NCBI GenBank assembly: GCA_963769425.1
Contig: CAVYLP010000003.1
Location: 227,705-291,704, forward strand
Source: Candidatus Bathyarchaeota archaeon
GTDB lineage: Archaea; Thermoproteota; Bathyarchaeia; TCS64
Reading direction: 5' to 3'
DNA: 64,000 nucleotides
Positions 1-10,582 of this stretch are shown piece after piece. The notes below the pieces were generated by a model. The model made no database searches and had not been told where the DNA came from. It saw nothing but the letters and a program-made list of their open reading frames with translations. Position 1 is the first letter of the stretch, and every line of letters starts with the position of its first letter. A program made the translations under genes and the position numbers.

Positions 1-80
1 GGGCCATGCGAGGAAGTACATATTCTCAGACTCTGAGGCTAGGGGATTAACTCGCCGGGGAGACGGAGGACGAGTCATAT

Positions 81-314
81 CCCTACATGCACCCCTATCT
101 CAGGGATGAGAGCTTCATAGCCAACCTCTAGGCGAGGCAAACCGGCAAGGCCTTCAACGAGATGGCAAAGCTCCTGTACTTGGCCTCAAAATACAGGGGG
201 AGCACCTCACTCGTCACGGCCCCCAAGTTCGACCAGGTCAAGAACATCAAGCATCTAACCGACCACCTCCGGCGTATGAAGGCCAGAGACCTGGGCCTCT
301 TCATACATCGATGA
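81..314 (+). pseudogene. Decayed N-terminal fragment of a viral terminase large subunit (ATPase)
   Basis: Manual translation PYMHPYLRDESFIANL*ARQTGKAF...STSLVTAPKFDQVK. ARQTGK resembles the terminase Walker A and LVTAP..DQ the following motif. In-frame TAG at 129-131, early TGA at 312-314. Confidence 0.55.
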
Positions 315-382
315 GCGGAACATGAAGCCACGGGAGAGGCTTTAATAATCTAATCGATTCTAAACCACTCCGGTGGCCCCTA

Positions 383-739
383 ATGAGTGAGAAGGAATCC
401 AAGGTCATCTGGCTCACCTGCCCCGACTGCGGCTCGAAGATAGGGATAATCCTCTCCGTCGGGAAGGCTACAGCTATAGCCCACCACGTCGAATCGGAGA
501 CGGTTGAGGAGACTGAAAACTGGCCCCCCTCCAGCTTCGAGGAGAAACTCAAAGCAGCCGGCGTCGACACGAGTTTATTAAACATCGAGGACGGCGAGGA
601 AATGATTCTGGTCAGCCCAAAGAAGTTTCTGGGTGACCTATGGGGTCCGATAAATGAGACCATGCGCTCCCTTAGTGGGTCATGGATAAGGGAGGGCAGA
701 GATAGTCGATGGGAGATCAAGAAAAACCCAAACCAATAA
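383..739 (+). CDS. Hypothetical protein with N-terminal CPxCG knuckle, possibly mobile-element derived
   Basis: 118-aa ORF with CPDCG, AT-rich TATA-like stretch upstream; no family recognised with certainty. Confidence 0.6.
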   Translation: MSEKESKVIWLTCPDCGSKIGIILSVGKATAIAHHVESETVEETENWPPSSFEEKLKAAGVDTSLLNIEDGEEMILVSPKKFLGDLWGPINETMRSLSGSWIREGRDSRWEIKKNPNQ

Positions 740-869
740 TATCCATTTCTTTTTAACCCCCATTTTTAGATTATTTTCAACCCAGTTTAGGGTAGGGTAA
801 ACACTTCGAAACTTGCTCGAAAAAAGGGGCTTGACAAGACTTTATTCAGCTAAGGAGCACTTTAAAGCC

Positions 870-1422
870 ATGCAACAGGCCAACGCGGTCTACAATAACC
901 TCACCATACAAGTTCCTTCAAGAGGGGAGGCAGACAGCCTCCTGCAGGACGGCTACGGGCACATCAAGCGAGAAGAGGTGTTACATCCTAGAACCATACG
1001 AGGCCCTGTATCTTGTTGAGAAGGAACGCCTCACAGTCATCGACGAGGAAGAAAGGCATATCCTCTCATTCCAGGAGATCCTGAACAGGGAACTAGTTAA
1101 CGATCCCATGTTGTGGACGAGGTACATCATCTATAGGGACATAAGGGGGAGGGGATTCGTTGCCAAGTCGACAGCGAAAAATGACGTATCCTTCAGCGTT
1201 TACGAAAGGGGGGATTACCCGAAGAAGGCCCCCAGCTACGAATTATACGCACTGGTCGAAGGAATGCCCGAAACACTGGGACACATCGAAGAAAGGCTAG
1301 TCGAAGTCAGGGACTCCGGGCGGGCGCTTAAACTGGCCGTGATAGATAGAAGAGGAGAGCTTGTTTACTACGGACTTGATAGGCTTGAGCCTGAGAGACT
1401 AGGCGCCGATACACTCGAGTAG
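870..1422 (+). CDS. endA: tRNA splicing endonuclease subunit, probably the structural (non-catalytic) one; apparent +1 indel near 957
   Basis: Removing one G at tacGGGcac joins MQQAN...GYG to ...ILEPYEALYLVE...YRDIRGRGF...VYERG...LAVIDRRGELVYY. Catalytic His/Lys not evident. Confidence 0.8.
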
Positions 1423-2691
1423 CTTGGAACGCTCAACCTTCACTTGGGCCCCAGTCTTCATATCCCGAATAGTCAGGCATCCTTCCGCGAGCTCACGCTC
1501 ACCGATTATCACGACCTTCCTCACGCCCTTCTTGTCAGCGTACTCCAACTGCTTCGAGAAGCGTCTACCGAGGAGATCGACCACCGTGGAGACTCCGACC
1601 GCCCTCAGGTCTTGAGCGACTTTTATCGCTTCACTTTTCACCGAGTCGGATATCGAGGCGATCAGCACGTCTACTCCGAGCTTGATTTCTTTGAAGCCTC
1701 CCTTTGTCTCTATCAGTGGGACGAGACGATCGATACCGAAGGATATTCCGGTTGCCGGTGTGCTCCCGCCGCCCATGAGATTAATGATCCCGTCATATCT
1801 CCCACCTCCAGCGATGCTTCCGTAGTCCTCGTAACCCTCTGCTAGAACCTCGAAGACTGGTCCAGTATAGTAGTCCAGACCTCTAGCGAGGCTGAGCTCG
1901 ACAACGATGTACTCGGCGTAGCCAAAGGACTTCGCGTAATTAATTAACTCTCTAAGAGCCTTCAGACCGGCAAGTCCTTCAGGAGAATCAGTAAGTTTCC
2001 CCTCAGTCTCATCCAGAACCTTGGCAGGAGTACCGGTTTGGGCTAGTGATTCTAAGAGTAGATTAGCGGATTCCGCTTCCACGGACAGCTTCGCAAGCTC
2101 CTGGACAACTCCGTCTTTCCCTATTTTCAGCAGCTTGTCCACTGCCCGAATGGCTTCCAATGTGCGGTCCTGTGGAACCCCTGCTTTTTTGATGAATGCC
2201 TCGAGTATTCTCCTGTCGTTGAGCTTTATCACGAAGCCCTCGAAGCCCATCTTCTTGAGGCAGTCGACCGCGGCAGATAGGACCTCTGCGTCAGCTATTG
2301 AGCCACTTACACCAACCGTGTCGGCGTCGGCCTGCCAGAACTCTCTGAAACGCTTCTCGCTGGGGTTTTCGTATCTCCAGACGGTCCCCATCGCGTACCT
2401 CTTGAAGGGCATCTGGAGTTCGCGATGCACGGCCACCACGCGTGCAAGGCTCGTCGTTAGGTCGAACCTGAGTCCAAGCTCCCTGTCCGCCTTATCCTTG
2501 AAGTAGTAGATCTGGTTTATCACGTCCTCCCCGCTCTTCAGCTTGAGTAGCTCCCAGCTCTCGAAGGCGGGTGTTCCCAGGGGCTCGAAGCCGTAGGCCT
2601 CGTAGACCCCCCGTATCTGGTCCAGGACCCAGTTCCTCTTGTACATCTCCTCGGGGAGGAAGTCCCGGGTACCGCGTGGTGGCTGGTACAT
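1399..2691 (-). CDS. hisS: Histidine--tRNA ligase
   Basis: PRGTRDF, LRFDLT, RFREFWQAD, LARGLDYYTG, GGGRYD motifs and anticodon-binding domain. Confidence 0.97.
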   Translation of the reverse strand: MYQPPRGTRDFLPEEMYKRNWVLDQIRGVYEAYGFEPLGTPAFESWELLKLKSGEDVINQIYYFKDKADRELGLRFDLTTSLARVVAVHRELQMPFKRYAMGTVWRYENPSEKRFREFWQADADTVGVSGSIADAEVLSAAVDCLKKMGFEGFVIKLNDRRILEAFIKKAGVPQDRTLEAIRAVDKLLKIGKDGVVQELAKLSVEAESANLLLESLAQTGTPAKVLDETEGKLTDSPEGLAGLKALRELINYAKSFGYAEYIVVELSLARGLDYYTGPVFEVLAEGYEDYGSIAGGGRYDGIINLMGGGSTPATGISFGIDRLVPLIETKGGFKEIKLGVDVLIASISDSVKSEAIKVAQDLRAVGVSTVVDLLGRRFSKQLEYADKKGVRKVVIIGERELAEGCLTIRDMKTGAQVKVERSKLLECIGA

Positions 2692-2964
2692 TTTGACCGA
2701 GCCTAGATTGAAGGGATACCAGAAAAAGGTTCCGCGTTCACTTGCCGCCGATGTGGTCCTGAAGAAGAGGTCATCTATTCTTTTCCATTAATGCTCGCTC
2801 TCCTCCGGCCTCGACGTAATAGCCTTGGTGATCTTCTCCATGATGTTCAAAACAAGAGCCGGGCTAGAATAGTTAATGACTATGCTAGGTTTAATGAATC
2901 AAAATACTATGTAAGAAAAACTAGTTTCTAAGAAAAAAACCGGGAGTCTCCTTGATCCTCGGTT

Positions 2965-4384
2965 TTACTCGAAGGCTCCGCGTAGGAAGGGGTATAGGTC
3001 CGCGACCTGTTCCTGCACCATCGTCTGGTAGTACTGGTATAGTATGCTGACTGCCAGCAGGGCACCCATTCCGCTTCCGAAGACTCCGAAGAAGTCAGAG
3101 ATCGCCGCAAGTGCACCGACGATTGCTCCACCGATGATTGTGATCGTCGGGATGTACCTATTCAATAGGGTCACTATGGGCTGCTTGTTCCTCCTGAAAC
3201 CAGGAACCTGCATCCCTGACTCCAGTAGCTGATCTGCCATATCTTCAGCGCCCAGACCACCAATTTCAAGCCAAGTTACACTGAAAATCACACAGAAGAC
3301 TATCACGATTAACGCATAGACTAGGGCTCGGAGAGGGGCAGTCAAAACTCCTTGGAGGTACCGGGTGATGTAATATAGTAGACAAGTCCACCTGTCGCGA
3401 CTGGTTGGCCATTTGATGCAGTAAGTGAATGTTCCGAGCCAGTTGAGCCAGTTGTTGTCGTTTGCGACGTTCCATTTACTCCAGAGGAATTGACCTACCA
3501 TCTGGAAGTTAGCGAAGAGGGCGTAGGCGAGTATTACGGGTATGTTGGAGACGTAGAGGAGCTTTATAGGCATCCTACCGCGGTAGCCCCGGTACTGGCT
3601 GTGACTTATTGGGTAGCTCAACACGCATGCCCTCGACGTATATCACGAAGAGGAAGACTGCGATGGTCGTGAAGAACCCGATCATGTCCGGCGCCCCGTT
3701 TGCCCTGAAGAACCAGCTGTAGATGGGTACCCTCGTCCAGATTCCTTGGAAGAATGCCACGATGGCACCGTATGCCCTACCATCGTAGTTGATGAAGCTG
3801 AAGCTCATCCACCAGATGTTCGCTGTGATGCCTCCTACGATGAAGAGGCTTATCCCGCTGCCGATACCCCAGCCCTTCTGCACCAACTCATCGAGGAGCA
3901 TGATGATGAGTCCCGCGACAAGCAGCTGTGCAAATATCAACAATGCCTTAGTAAGGGTGACTGAGCCGTACTGGCCGCTGACGATGTATAGTGAGGCCTG
4001 GATAATGATCATGACTATGGAGAAGAATTTACTCGCGGTCGTGAATAGCCCGCGGTCCTCTGCGCTGCTCCTATCGAATGATATGATGTCTGAGCCGGCG
4101 AGCAGCTGGATTATCAGTCCAGCTGTCACTATGGGGCCTATTCCGAGCTCCATGAGGGTCCCTCTCGCTGAGGCGAAGATGACCCTGTACGCCGTGAAGG
4201 TGTCTCCTGACGTCGTTACGGGTATCCCGTAGAGCGGGATCTCGGACATGATGAAGTAAATAAGTAGGGCAAGGAGCGTCCAGATGAGCCTGTTTTGGAA
4301 GCTCACCTTTCTCTCCGGTGGCTTTACCTCTGGTATGACCCGGGAGATGGGCTTGAAGAGCTCGAGGAAGCGCAAAGCTATCAC
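2965..4384 (-). CDS. secY: Preprotein translocase SecY/Sec61-alpha, split by apparent sequencing indels
   Basis: GTLMELGIGPIVTAG, GIGSGISLFI, PIKLLYVSNIPVIL, GMQVPGFR. Frame break at about 3612 plus a compensating pair at about 3424/3360. Confidence 0.95.
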
Positions 4385-4806
4385 TCTACTATAGAGCCGC
4401 CGGCTTCCTCTAATTTATTTTTGGCACCAGCGGAAGCGGACTCGACCCGGACCTTGAGCGCTGTGGATATGCTTCCTCTTCCGAGGAGCTTTCCGATGCC
4501 GACTTCGGCTAGGTCAAGTTCCATTCCACTCTTCAAAGCTTCTGCACCCATAAGCTTTACCGCGAGGTCCTCTAGTTCCCCGATGTTGATCGTGGCGGGC
4601 AGCGGCTTGAGCGACGATGGTGGCACGAAGCCGATGCGCCTGTATCTGTTCGGGTTGAACTTCACGGTTTGGATCCAGAAGTGCTTGTGGCCTCCGGCGT
4701 AGCCCTTTCCTCCTCGGCTGCCGGACTTGCGGTGCTGGCCGACCTGGCCCCAGCCGCAGTATCTCGATCCGCGGTATCTGCGTGTTCTTCTCAGATCGTG
4801 AGGCAT
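4381..4806 (-). CDS. rpl15: 50S ribosomal protein L15 (uL15)
   Basis: RGSRYCGWGQVGQHRKSGSRGG, KLLGRG; operon position. Confidence 0.96.
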   Translation of the reverse strand: MPHDLRRTRRYRGSRYCGWGQVGQHRKSGSRGGKGYAGGHKHFWIQTVKFNPNRYRRIGFVPPSSLKPLPATINIGELEDLAVKLMGAEALKSGMELDLAEVGIGKLLGRGSISTALKVRVESASAGAKNKLEEAGGSIVE

Positions 4807-4825
4807 TATTTTTCACCTATACTCC

Positions 4826-5299
4826 TTAGCACATTCTCTTGATGAGCTCGTTTATGGCCTCTCCCCTGTAGCCTAGCTCACCGTGGTCGTTGTATGGACG
4901 CTTGACTGTCCTCTTGAATCCCTTCTTTGGGGGGTGCATTCTGAAGAAGGGTTTAATTCCGTTCAGTTGACTGAACTCGATCTCACCGGAGACGATCGCA
5001 TTTGCGAGTTTGTCTAGGCTCTCGTACCCGAGTTCCTTAAGGGACTCCTCGGTGACTTTCTGGTCGCCTACTCGTTTGCCCCTCTTCTCGAGGAGGGTCT
5101 TGACGGTCTCTACGTCAGGCTCGCCCCATGTGAGGTAATCCTTAGCCTTTCTGAGCATGCCTGTGTATGATGAGCTTTCCCTGAGGATCGTAGCGTAGTT
5201 GTTACGTTCCATGCGCAACATGGTGAGGGTGGCCTCGACGGTTTTTCGGGCATCGACGCCGCCTCTTATGCGAACGACGAAGAAAGTTTTGCCTGCCAT
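4826..5299 (-). CDS. rpl30: 50S ribosomal protein L30 (uL30)
   Basis: VVRIRG, YLTWGE, FRMHPPKKG, GELGYRG. Confidence 0.96.
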   Translation of the reverse strand: MAGKTFFVVRIRGGVDARKTVEATLTMLRMERNNYATILRESSSYTGMLRKAKDYLTWGEPDVETVKTLLEKRGKRVGDQKVTEESLKELGYESLDKLANAIVSGEIEFSQLNGIKPFFRMHPPKKGFKRTVKRPYNDHGELGYRGEAINELIKRMC

Positions 5300-5301
5300 T
5301 G

Positions 5302-5946
5302 TTACATCGTCCACTCCTGTGGGGTCATGATCTTACTGGTCTGCTTCAGCGCCTCGAATGTGGCGAATGCGAATGAGGTAGTTGTGGTTGTTGTACCCGT
5401 TGCCTTGGACCAGCAATCCTTTACCCCTGCTAGCTGGAGGACGACCTTCGCTGTGTCGCCGACGACTAGGCCGAGCCCCTGAGGACCTGGTAGGAGGGTT
5501 AGGACAACGCTCCCAGCTTTTCCGCTTACACGGAAGGGTAGGGAGTGATTCTCACCGCAGCCGCATTCCCAGCTACCGCAGCCCCTCTTTATCGGGTAGA
5601 GGTTTAGCTTCGCCATTCGTATTCCCTTCTCAATGGCGTTGCGGACGCGCTTCGCCTTGCCGGTTCCCAGACCGATAAGTCCGTTGCCGTTGCCTACCGC
5701 GACGACTGCGCGGAACCGTGAGTTCTCTCCGGCGTCCGTCTGCTTCTGGACCATAGCGATGTCGATTACCTCGTCTTTGAGGTCCTGGACTAGGAAGTCG
5801 ATTACCTCGACCTCCCTGACCTTGTAGCCCTCGCGGAATATGTCCCCTATGGAGGTGATCTGGCCTTCTTTGACCATCTTGCCAAGCTGTGTGCGGGGTA
5901 CCCAGTCCTCTAGCGAGGGGCCTTCTCTATCGTATTGTCTACTCAT
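5302..5946 (-). CDS. rps5: 30S ribosomal protein S5 (uS5)
   Basis: WVPRTQLGKMV, VQKQTDAGE, GCGSWECGCG. Confidence 0.97.
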   Translation of the reverse strand: MSRQYDREGPSLEDWVPRTQLGKMVKEGQITSIGDIFREGYKVREVEVIDFLVQDLKDEVIDIAMVQKQTDAGENSRFRAVVAVGNGNGLIGLGTGKAKRVRNAIEKGIRMAKLNLYPIKRGCGSWECGCGENHSLPFRVSGKAGSVVLTLLPGPQGLGLVVGDTAKVVLQLAGVKDCWSKATGTTTTTTSFAFATFEALKQTSKIMTPQEWTM

Positions 5947-6530
5947 TTTGCCCAGTCCTCCTGGATCTTCTTCTTGGTCTCCTCGAAGTGCTCGGGGAGA
6001 GACTCTGGTCTAAGACCCTTCCTGAGGTAGACCGAGAAGTACTTCTCGTATCCCTCTGGGTCGATTACCTTCGCGTAGTTGGCGATATCTCCGCCGTTTA
6101 ACCTCTCCGGCGGGGGTATGACGTCGCTGTCGCAGGGGATGTTGAGCCCCGCGTCGATGGCGCCCTTGACAACCGCGAATATCTTCGAACCCTTCGTTGG
6201 CCTCTTGAGCCCGAGGTCGAGATATGCGGTCTCCACACCCTCTTTGAGTGCTTTGTGGCCTGCGATCAAACCCAGCAGGTATCCCGCGGGGATGCTCTTA
6301 CCGCTTGCCTGCCAGCCGTACTTGCTGATCAGCTCGTTTGAGGCGACCTGGGTCAGCACCTTGTCGCCGATTATCTCGGCTTTCACTACCTGTGCGAGTA
6401 TACCGTGGTTGGAGGCTCGGACTACGAACCTTGGTTGGTCCGATGTGGCGAGTATCCGCCGGGCCTGGTAGTCAGTCTTTTGTTCCCTTCTTCGCCTGTA
6501 TGCGAGTCTGTAGCGTGCGTTTTTAGCCAA
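5943..6530 (-). CDS. rpl18: 50S ribosomal protein L18 (uL18)
   Basis: RRRREQKTDYQAR, KGAIDAGLNIP. Confidence 0.96.
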   Translation of the reverse strand: MAKNARYRLAYRRRREQKTDYQARRILATSDQPRFVVRASNHGILAQVVKAEIIGDKVLTQVASNELISKYGWQASGKSIPAGYLLGLIAGHKALKEGVETAYLDLGLKRPTKGSKIFAVVKGAIDAGLNIPCDSDVIPPPERLNGGDIANYAKVIDPEGYEKYFSVYLRKGLRPESLPEHFEETKKKIQEDWAK

Positions 6531-6981
6531 AGCTACGCCTCCTTAATTTCTGCTCGTTGATGTGCCGATCGAGCTCGGCGAGACTGCGGAATTCTCCGCC
6601 TTTTGCCTTCATGTATAGGCTACGGTATGTACTCACGGTGATTACGCGCTGGTCGCGGAGCTCGGTAAGCTTCCTCCTGAGTGCCCTTATGCGGTTCATC
6701 CAGCGGGTCTTCTCTGAAACCTCAGCGAAGGCTTTACCCTTCTTAGTACCCATACCGATTCTTCGTCCAGAGCGCTTCTTCTGCGCCAAGACTCTTGCGC
6801 GACCGCGACTAGTGCCCCTCTCGGGGAGCGCCTTTATAGCACCTTCCCGTATGAGCTTCCGGATCTCAGTCCGAGTGATGGCGCCCTCGACGTCGCTGAT
6901 CTTCTCCGGGTCGATCCAGACGCGGTTTACTCCTATCTCGAGGAGGGATGCGGCTAGTCGTCTCTGGTTTGTGAGGTTCAT
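6523..6981 (-). CDS. rpl19e: 50S ribosomal protein L19e
   Basis: QRRLAA, RVWIDP, WMNRIRALR, LYMKAKGGEF. Confidence 0.97.
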   Translation of the reverse strand: MNLTNQRRLAASLLEIGVNRVWIDPEKISDVEGAITRTEIRKLIREGAIKALPERGTSRGRARVLAQKKRSGRRIGMGTKKGKAFAEVSEKTRWMNRIRALRRKLTELRDQRVITVSTYRSLYMKAKGGEFRSLAELDRHINEQKLRRRSFG

Positions 6982-7409
6982 TTCTTTTCCTCCTCAAGTT
7001 CTTCGAAGTCTGAGGGCTTCGCCTTTGGTCCTGCGTTGAGGATCTTTACGCCGAGCTTCTCGGCCTCTTCCAGTATCTGTGCCCTCTTTCTTCCACCGAC
7101 TGTCCCTCCTATGCGTGCGACCTGATTCTCCTTGTCGACGGCTGCTAGGTCGTTGGCGTTTTGGATTAATACCTCTTCCTTGCCGGTCGGGTGAAGCCCG
7201 CGTACAGCGGATGGGCCTCCCCATCCGATGTTGGCTACTTTTGGCCAGCCCTTCTCGTTTGTGCGCATCTTGTTATCGATGCCGCGTGGCTTCCTCCAAC
7301 GTGGCTTTATCTTTATAAAGCGCCATGACTCGAAGGCGTTGAACTTGGGACGGCTCTGGCTGAGCTTCTTCCTGACCCTGAGGAGTCTTCTCTTTTCGGT
7401 GTCGCTCAT
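6978..7409 (-). CDS. rpl32e: 50S ribosomal protein L32e
   Basis: WRKPRGIDNKMR, RGLHPTG. Confidence 0.97.
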   Translation of the reverse strand: MSDTEKRRLLRVRKKLSQSRPKFNAFESWRFIKIKPRWRKPRGIDNKMRTNEKGWPKVANIGWGGPSAVRGLHPTGKEEVLIQNANDLAAVDKENQVARIGGTVGGRKRAQILEEAEKLGVKILNAGPKAKPSDFEELEEEKK

Positions 7410-7416
7410 CGTTCAT

Positions 7417-7950
7417 TTACTCCTTGCTGTAGACGTAGACGCCATCTAGGAACTTTCTCAGGTCCTTGTTGCGTATCTTTGCCCGCGTCTGTATATTTGC
7501 GGCGGTCTGGCTGACATCGTCTATGTCGATGCCCTCGAGGATTACATCGTCTTGCTTGATGGTAACCTTCGTGTCGCCTAATATGTTGGCGATTCTGGCC
7601 TTCCTCTCGCCGACGAAGTTTTCTATGTGGACTTCCTTTCCAACTACCTTTACGGATGTCGGGAAGTGGACGAAGACTATCTTCATCTTGTAGACGAAGC
7701 CAGTCGATACGCCCTTGATCATGTTATTTACATGTGCACTGATCGTGCCGACGAGGGCGGCTTCTGTTCGCCTCGGGTTCTCGATGCTGAGTTTGAGGCT
7801 GTTGCCCTCCTTGACTATATTGAGCTTGGTGTGAGTGAAGTCCTTGATTATCTTTCCCTTGGGTCCCTGTACTGTTACCTTTCTACCCTCTAGGGTGAGC
7901 TGGATATTCTCCGGTATCTCGACGGTGTTTTCGACTATCTGTAGAGACAT
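7417..7950 (-). CDS. rpl6: 50S ribosomal protein L6 (uL6)
   Basis: VQGPKG, NMIKGVS, KDLRKFLDGVYV. Confidence 0.97.
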   Translation of the reverse strand: MSLQIVENTVEIPENIQLTLEGRKVTVQGPKGKIIKDFTHTKLNIVKEGNSLKLSIENPRRTEAALVGTISAHVNNMIKGVSTGFVYKMKIVFVHFPTSVKVVGKEVHIENFVGERKARIANILGDTKVTIKQDDVILEGIDIDDVSQTAANIQTRAKIRNKDLRKFLDGVYVYSKE

Positions 7951-7959
7951 CTTTCTCAC

Positions 7960-8343
7960 CTAGTAGACGTAGGCGATCACGACGCCGCCGACGTTGAACT
8001 CCTTCGCCTGGCGGTGGTCGATGACGCCCTTGGGGGTTGATAGGATGACTGCACCGAGGTCTCGGCTGGGGAGGAAGCGCTTCTCCCACTTTTCCATCTC
8101 CTTGACCTTCGTGGAGTATCTGGGGTGAACTGCCCTGCATTCGTTGATGCGGCCGAAGAGCTGTACGCGGAACTTTCCCTGCCTTCCGTCGTCTATGAAC
8201 TCAATCTCGCCTATGTAGCCTTTCTGCTGTATGAGGCGGAGGACCCTGCCAACGAGGCCGGAGGCGGGTGTGATTATGCACTCTTTCTTTCGCCTGCCCT
8301 CGTGATTCATTATCGTATTAAGAGCGTTTACTAGTGGGTCCAT
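7960..8343 (-). CDS. rps8: 30S ribosomal protein S8 (uS8)
   Basis: DPLVNAL, IDDGRQG, ILSTPKG. Confidence 0.97.
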   Translation of the reverse strand: MDPLVNALNTIMNHEGRRKKECIITPASGLVGRVLRLIQQKGYIGEIEFIDDGRQGKFRVQLFGRINECRAVHPRYSTKVKEMEKWEKRFLPSRDLGAVILSTPKGVIDHRQAKEFNVGGVVIAYVY

Positions 8344-8348
8344 TCAAA

Positions 8349-8504
8349 TCACCTGTATTTCCTGAAGCCCATCGCGGGGGCCACTTCCCTGAAGCATTTC
8401 CTGCAGATGTTGAGTCCGTAGCGCCTGATGAGGCCGTTGTGGGTTCCGCATCTGATGCATGCCCTGCTGCCTGGTCCGGTTGTGCGTTTCTTCTGCTCAC
8501 TCAT
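8349..8504 (-). CDS. rps14: 30S ribosomal protein S14 (uS14, Zn-binding)
   Basis: Below track cutoff; manual translation [51 protein letters not shown]. Confidence 0.95.
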   Translation of the reverse strand: MSEQKKRTTGPGSRACIRCGTHNGLIRRYGLNICRKCFREVAPAMGFRKYR

Positions 8505-9036
8505 TGGCTACTCCCACCTCGATGCCGAACTTTGACTTTACGAAATCCATTGACTCCTCGGGTGTAACCTTGTGGCTCTTCCCGATCTTTGCTCTGGCGT
8601 GCTTCTTCTCATCTATGTGGTACCCTGCGCGCTCTACCGTCACCATCACATCCATGCCGGTGATGCCGAGGTTCGGATCGTACCTCGTTCCGGGGATGTC
8701 GATGTGCTCCTTTATCCCGAAGGCGAAGTTGCCCCACTTATCGAAGCTGCGTTGGTTGATCTTCTTGTTAACGGCTGTGAGCGCCTTCACGAGGAAGGTT
8801 TCTGCACTCTCTCCGCGGAGCGTGACCATGCACGCTATGGGTTCCTTCTTGCGAATGTTGAATCCCCTGATGGTCTGCTTCGCGAATCGTTGACAGGGTT
8901 TCTGCCCTGTAAGCTGCTCCATGATGGTTTGTGCGTGGTCTAGGGGGTCGCCCGAGGCGCCCACACCCATGTTGACCACGACCTTACCGATCCTTAGAGC
9001 CCTCATGGGGTTGGTCTCTACGATTTCGGTTGTCAT
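8497..9036 (-). CDS. rpl5: 50S ribosomal protein L5 (uL5)
   Basis: [30 protein letters not shown]. Confidence 0.97.
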   Translation of the reverse strand: MTTEIVETNPMRALRIGKVVVNMGVGASGDPLDHAQTIMEQLTGQKPCQRFAKQTIRGFNIRKKEPIACMVTLRGESAETFLVKALTAVNKKINQRSFDKWGNFAFGIKEHIDIPGTRYDPNLGITGMDVMVTVERAGYHIDEKKHARAKIGKSHKVTPEESMDFVKSKFGIEVGVANE

Positions 9037-9037
9037 C

Positions 9038-9769
9038 TCATTGACTCTCCGGTAATGATATCAGCGACTGTGCGACGCCGATGGGGAAGACGTACTTTGT
9101 CAGTGTGCGTATGTCCTCGCCCTTGGCTGTCCTCACGGTCGCCGTCTTCTTCCAGCCCGGCTCGTCGCCGAAGCCAATTATGATTCCTGTTTCACCCTGG
9201 GACCTGCCGCCCGTGATGACGGTCTGTAGCTGGTCCTTGAAGGGGATATGCTCGACTATTTCCTGGGACGGGACCTTGATCTTCAGGACATCGTTGACCT
9301 TGTAGGGAGCCTCAGTCTTCACGTTGAGGGTCCTACCGTCGTGTAGCCTTAACTGTGTCACGTTGTTCCTAAGGGTTGTCTTGCCTATGATCCTGCAGAG
9401 TTTGAATCCGATCTCGTCTCCCTTGATCTGGTGTAGGGCTAGGCGTCCCCCCTTTGCGGGGAGGACGCGGTAGCTCTCACCAGCGTCGGGCAGGGATATG
9501 ACGTCCATGAGGCCCACGGGGAACTTCTCGTCGAGGCGTGCTTTACCGTCGATCTTGATCTTCCCCTGCTTGGCGATCATGGAAGCCTCCCTGCGTGTTG
9601 AGGCGTATCCAAGCATGTCGCGGAGTAGAACCGTGACGGGTATGGATGTGCTGAAGTTGTGTGGCCCTGGACTCGTGTTTATGGACCAGACGTTTGCCTT
9701 CCTATGGATTGTCCAGAACGTCGGTGCCTGCTGCCTCTTCAAATGTCTTGTTGGTCCTTTTCTACCCAT
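9038..9769 (-). CDS. rps4e: 30S ribosomal protein S4e
   Basis: HLKR..AP, PGPH, FPVGLMDVI, LHDGR. Confidence 0.97.
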   Translation of the reverse strand: MGRKGPTRHLKRQQAPTFWTIHRKANVWSINTSPGPHNFSTSIPVTVLLRDMLGYASTRREASMIAKQGKIKIDGKARLDEKFPVGLMDVISLPDAGESYRVLPAKGGRLALHQIKGDEIGFKLCRIIGKTTLRNNVTQLRLHDGRTLNVKTEAPYKVNDVLKIKVPSQEIVEHIPFKDQLQTVITGGRSQGETGIIIGFGDEPGWKKTATVRTAKGEDIRTLTKYVFPIGVAQSLISLPESQ

Positions 9770-9771
9770 CT

Positions 9772-10155
9772 CTACTCCTCCTTAGCCTTGAAGCCCTTCC
9801 TCTCGAGGATCCTCTTCCTCCAGTCATCGTCGAGGTCGAGCTTCGTGATCATTACGTTCTCGGCGCGTATCGGTATCTGCACGGTTGATCCGTCTAGGCG
9901 GGTCCTTGTGACTCCCTCGACGTAGACGCGGGAGCTCTTGGTGTTTACCCTGAGGACCTTTCCCTCGGTGAGCTTCCGGTCACCCTTCGTGATAGCGACG
10001 GTGTCGTTCTCGATGACTGGCATCGTCCTCGCGCCGTACTGGGTCTTGAGATTCGGTGATAGCGGGGCAGAAATGTACCGCCTCCTAACCTGTACAGGGG
10101 CATTTCTCTGCTGCTTCCTGACAGTCGAAGGCTTTGTGTTGCCTACTTTGTTCAT
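9772..10155 (-). CDS. rpl24: 50S ribosomal protein L24 (uL24)
   Basis: SAPLSPNL, KOW region, ITKLDLDD. Confidence 0.95.
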   Translation of the reverse strand: MNKVGNTKPSTVRKQQRNAPVQVRRRYISAPLSPNLKTQYGARTMPVIENDTVAITKGDRKLTEGKVLRVNTKSSRVYVEGVTRTRLDGSTVQIPIRAENVMITKLDLDDDWRKRILERKGFKAKEE

Positions 10156-10578
10156 TTAGACTACCACCCTCGCTGTTGTTCCGAGGCGCGCGAAGCGTTC
10201 AACTGCTTCCTTTGCGACTGGTCCCTTGACGTCCGAGCCCCTAAGGGTTCCCTCGGGTGTGAGTATGACGGCTGCGTTGTCCTCGAATTGGATCCAGGTG
10301 CCATCCTTACGCAGGTATGGCTTTCTCTGGCGGACGATGACCGCGTTGAACATCTGTCGCCTCATCTCGGGCGTACCCTCGCGGCAGCTTACCATACAGA
10401 GATCGCCTACGCTAGCTATCGGTAGCCTGCGGCGTCGACCTTTATAGCCGAAGACCTGAATGAGGCGTAGTACACGTGCACCACTGTTGTCAGCGCAAAT
10501 GAAGACGGAGCCTGATGTGAGGCCTCCGCTTATCTTTCGACGAGGTATAATTTTTCTCTTCCCCGTTCTCTTACTCAT
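10156..10578 (-). CDS. rpl14: 50S ribosomal protein L14 (uL14)
   Basis: ADNSGA, FEDNAAV, KGPVAKE. Confidence 0.97.
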   Translation of the reverse strand: MSKRTGKRKIIPRRKISGGLTSGSVFICADNSGARVLRLIQVFGYKGRRRRLPIASVGDLCMVSCREGTPEMRRQMFNAVIVRQRKPYLRKDGTWIQFEDNAAVILTPEGTLRGSDVKGPVAKEAVERFARLGTTARVVV

Positions 10579-10582
10579 TCAT

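Noticed and set aside
813-1422. endA split as programmed frameshift or pseudogene
   Set aside because: One extra G in a GGG run restores the gene, and intron-containing tRNAs require the enzyme; same error pattern as secY and the transcarbamylase.
3355-3625. secY split into two genes or recoded
   Set aside because: Three single-base indels in short homopolymers of an essential gene point to assembly error; no slippery heptamer seen.
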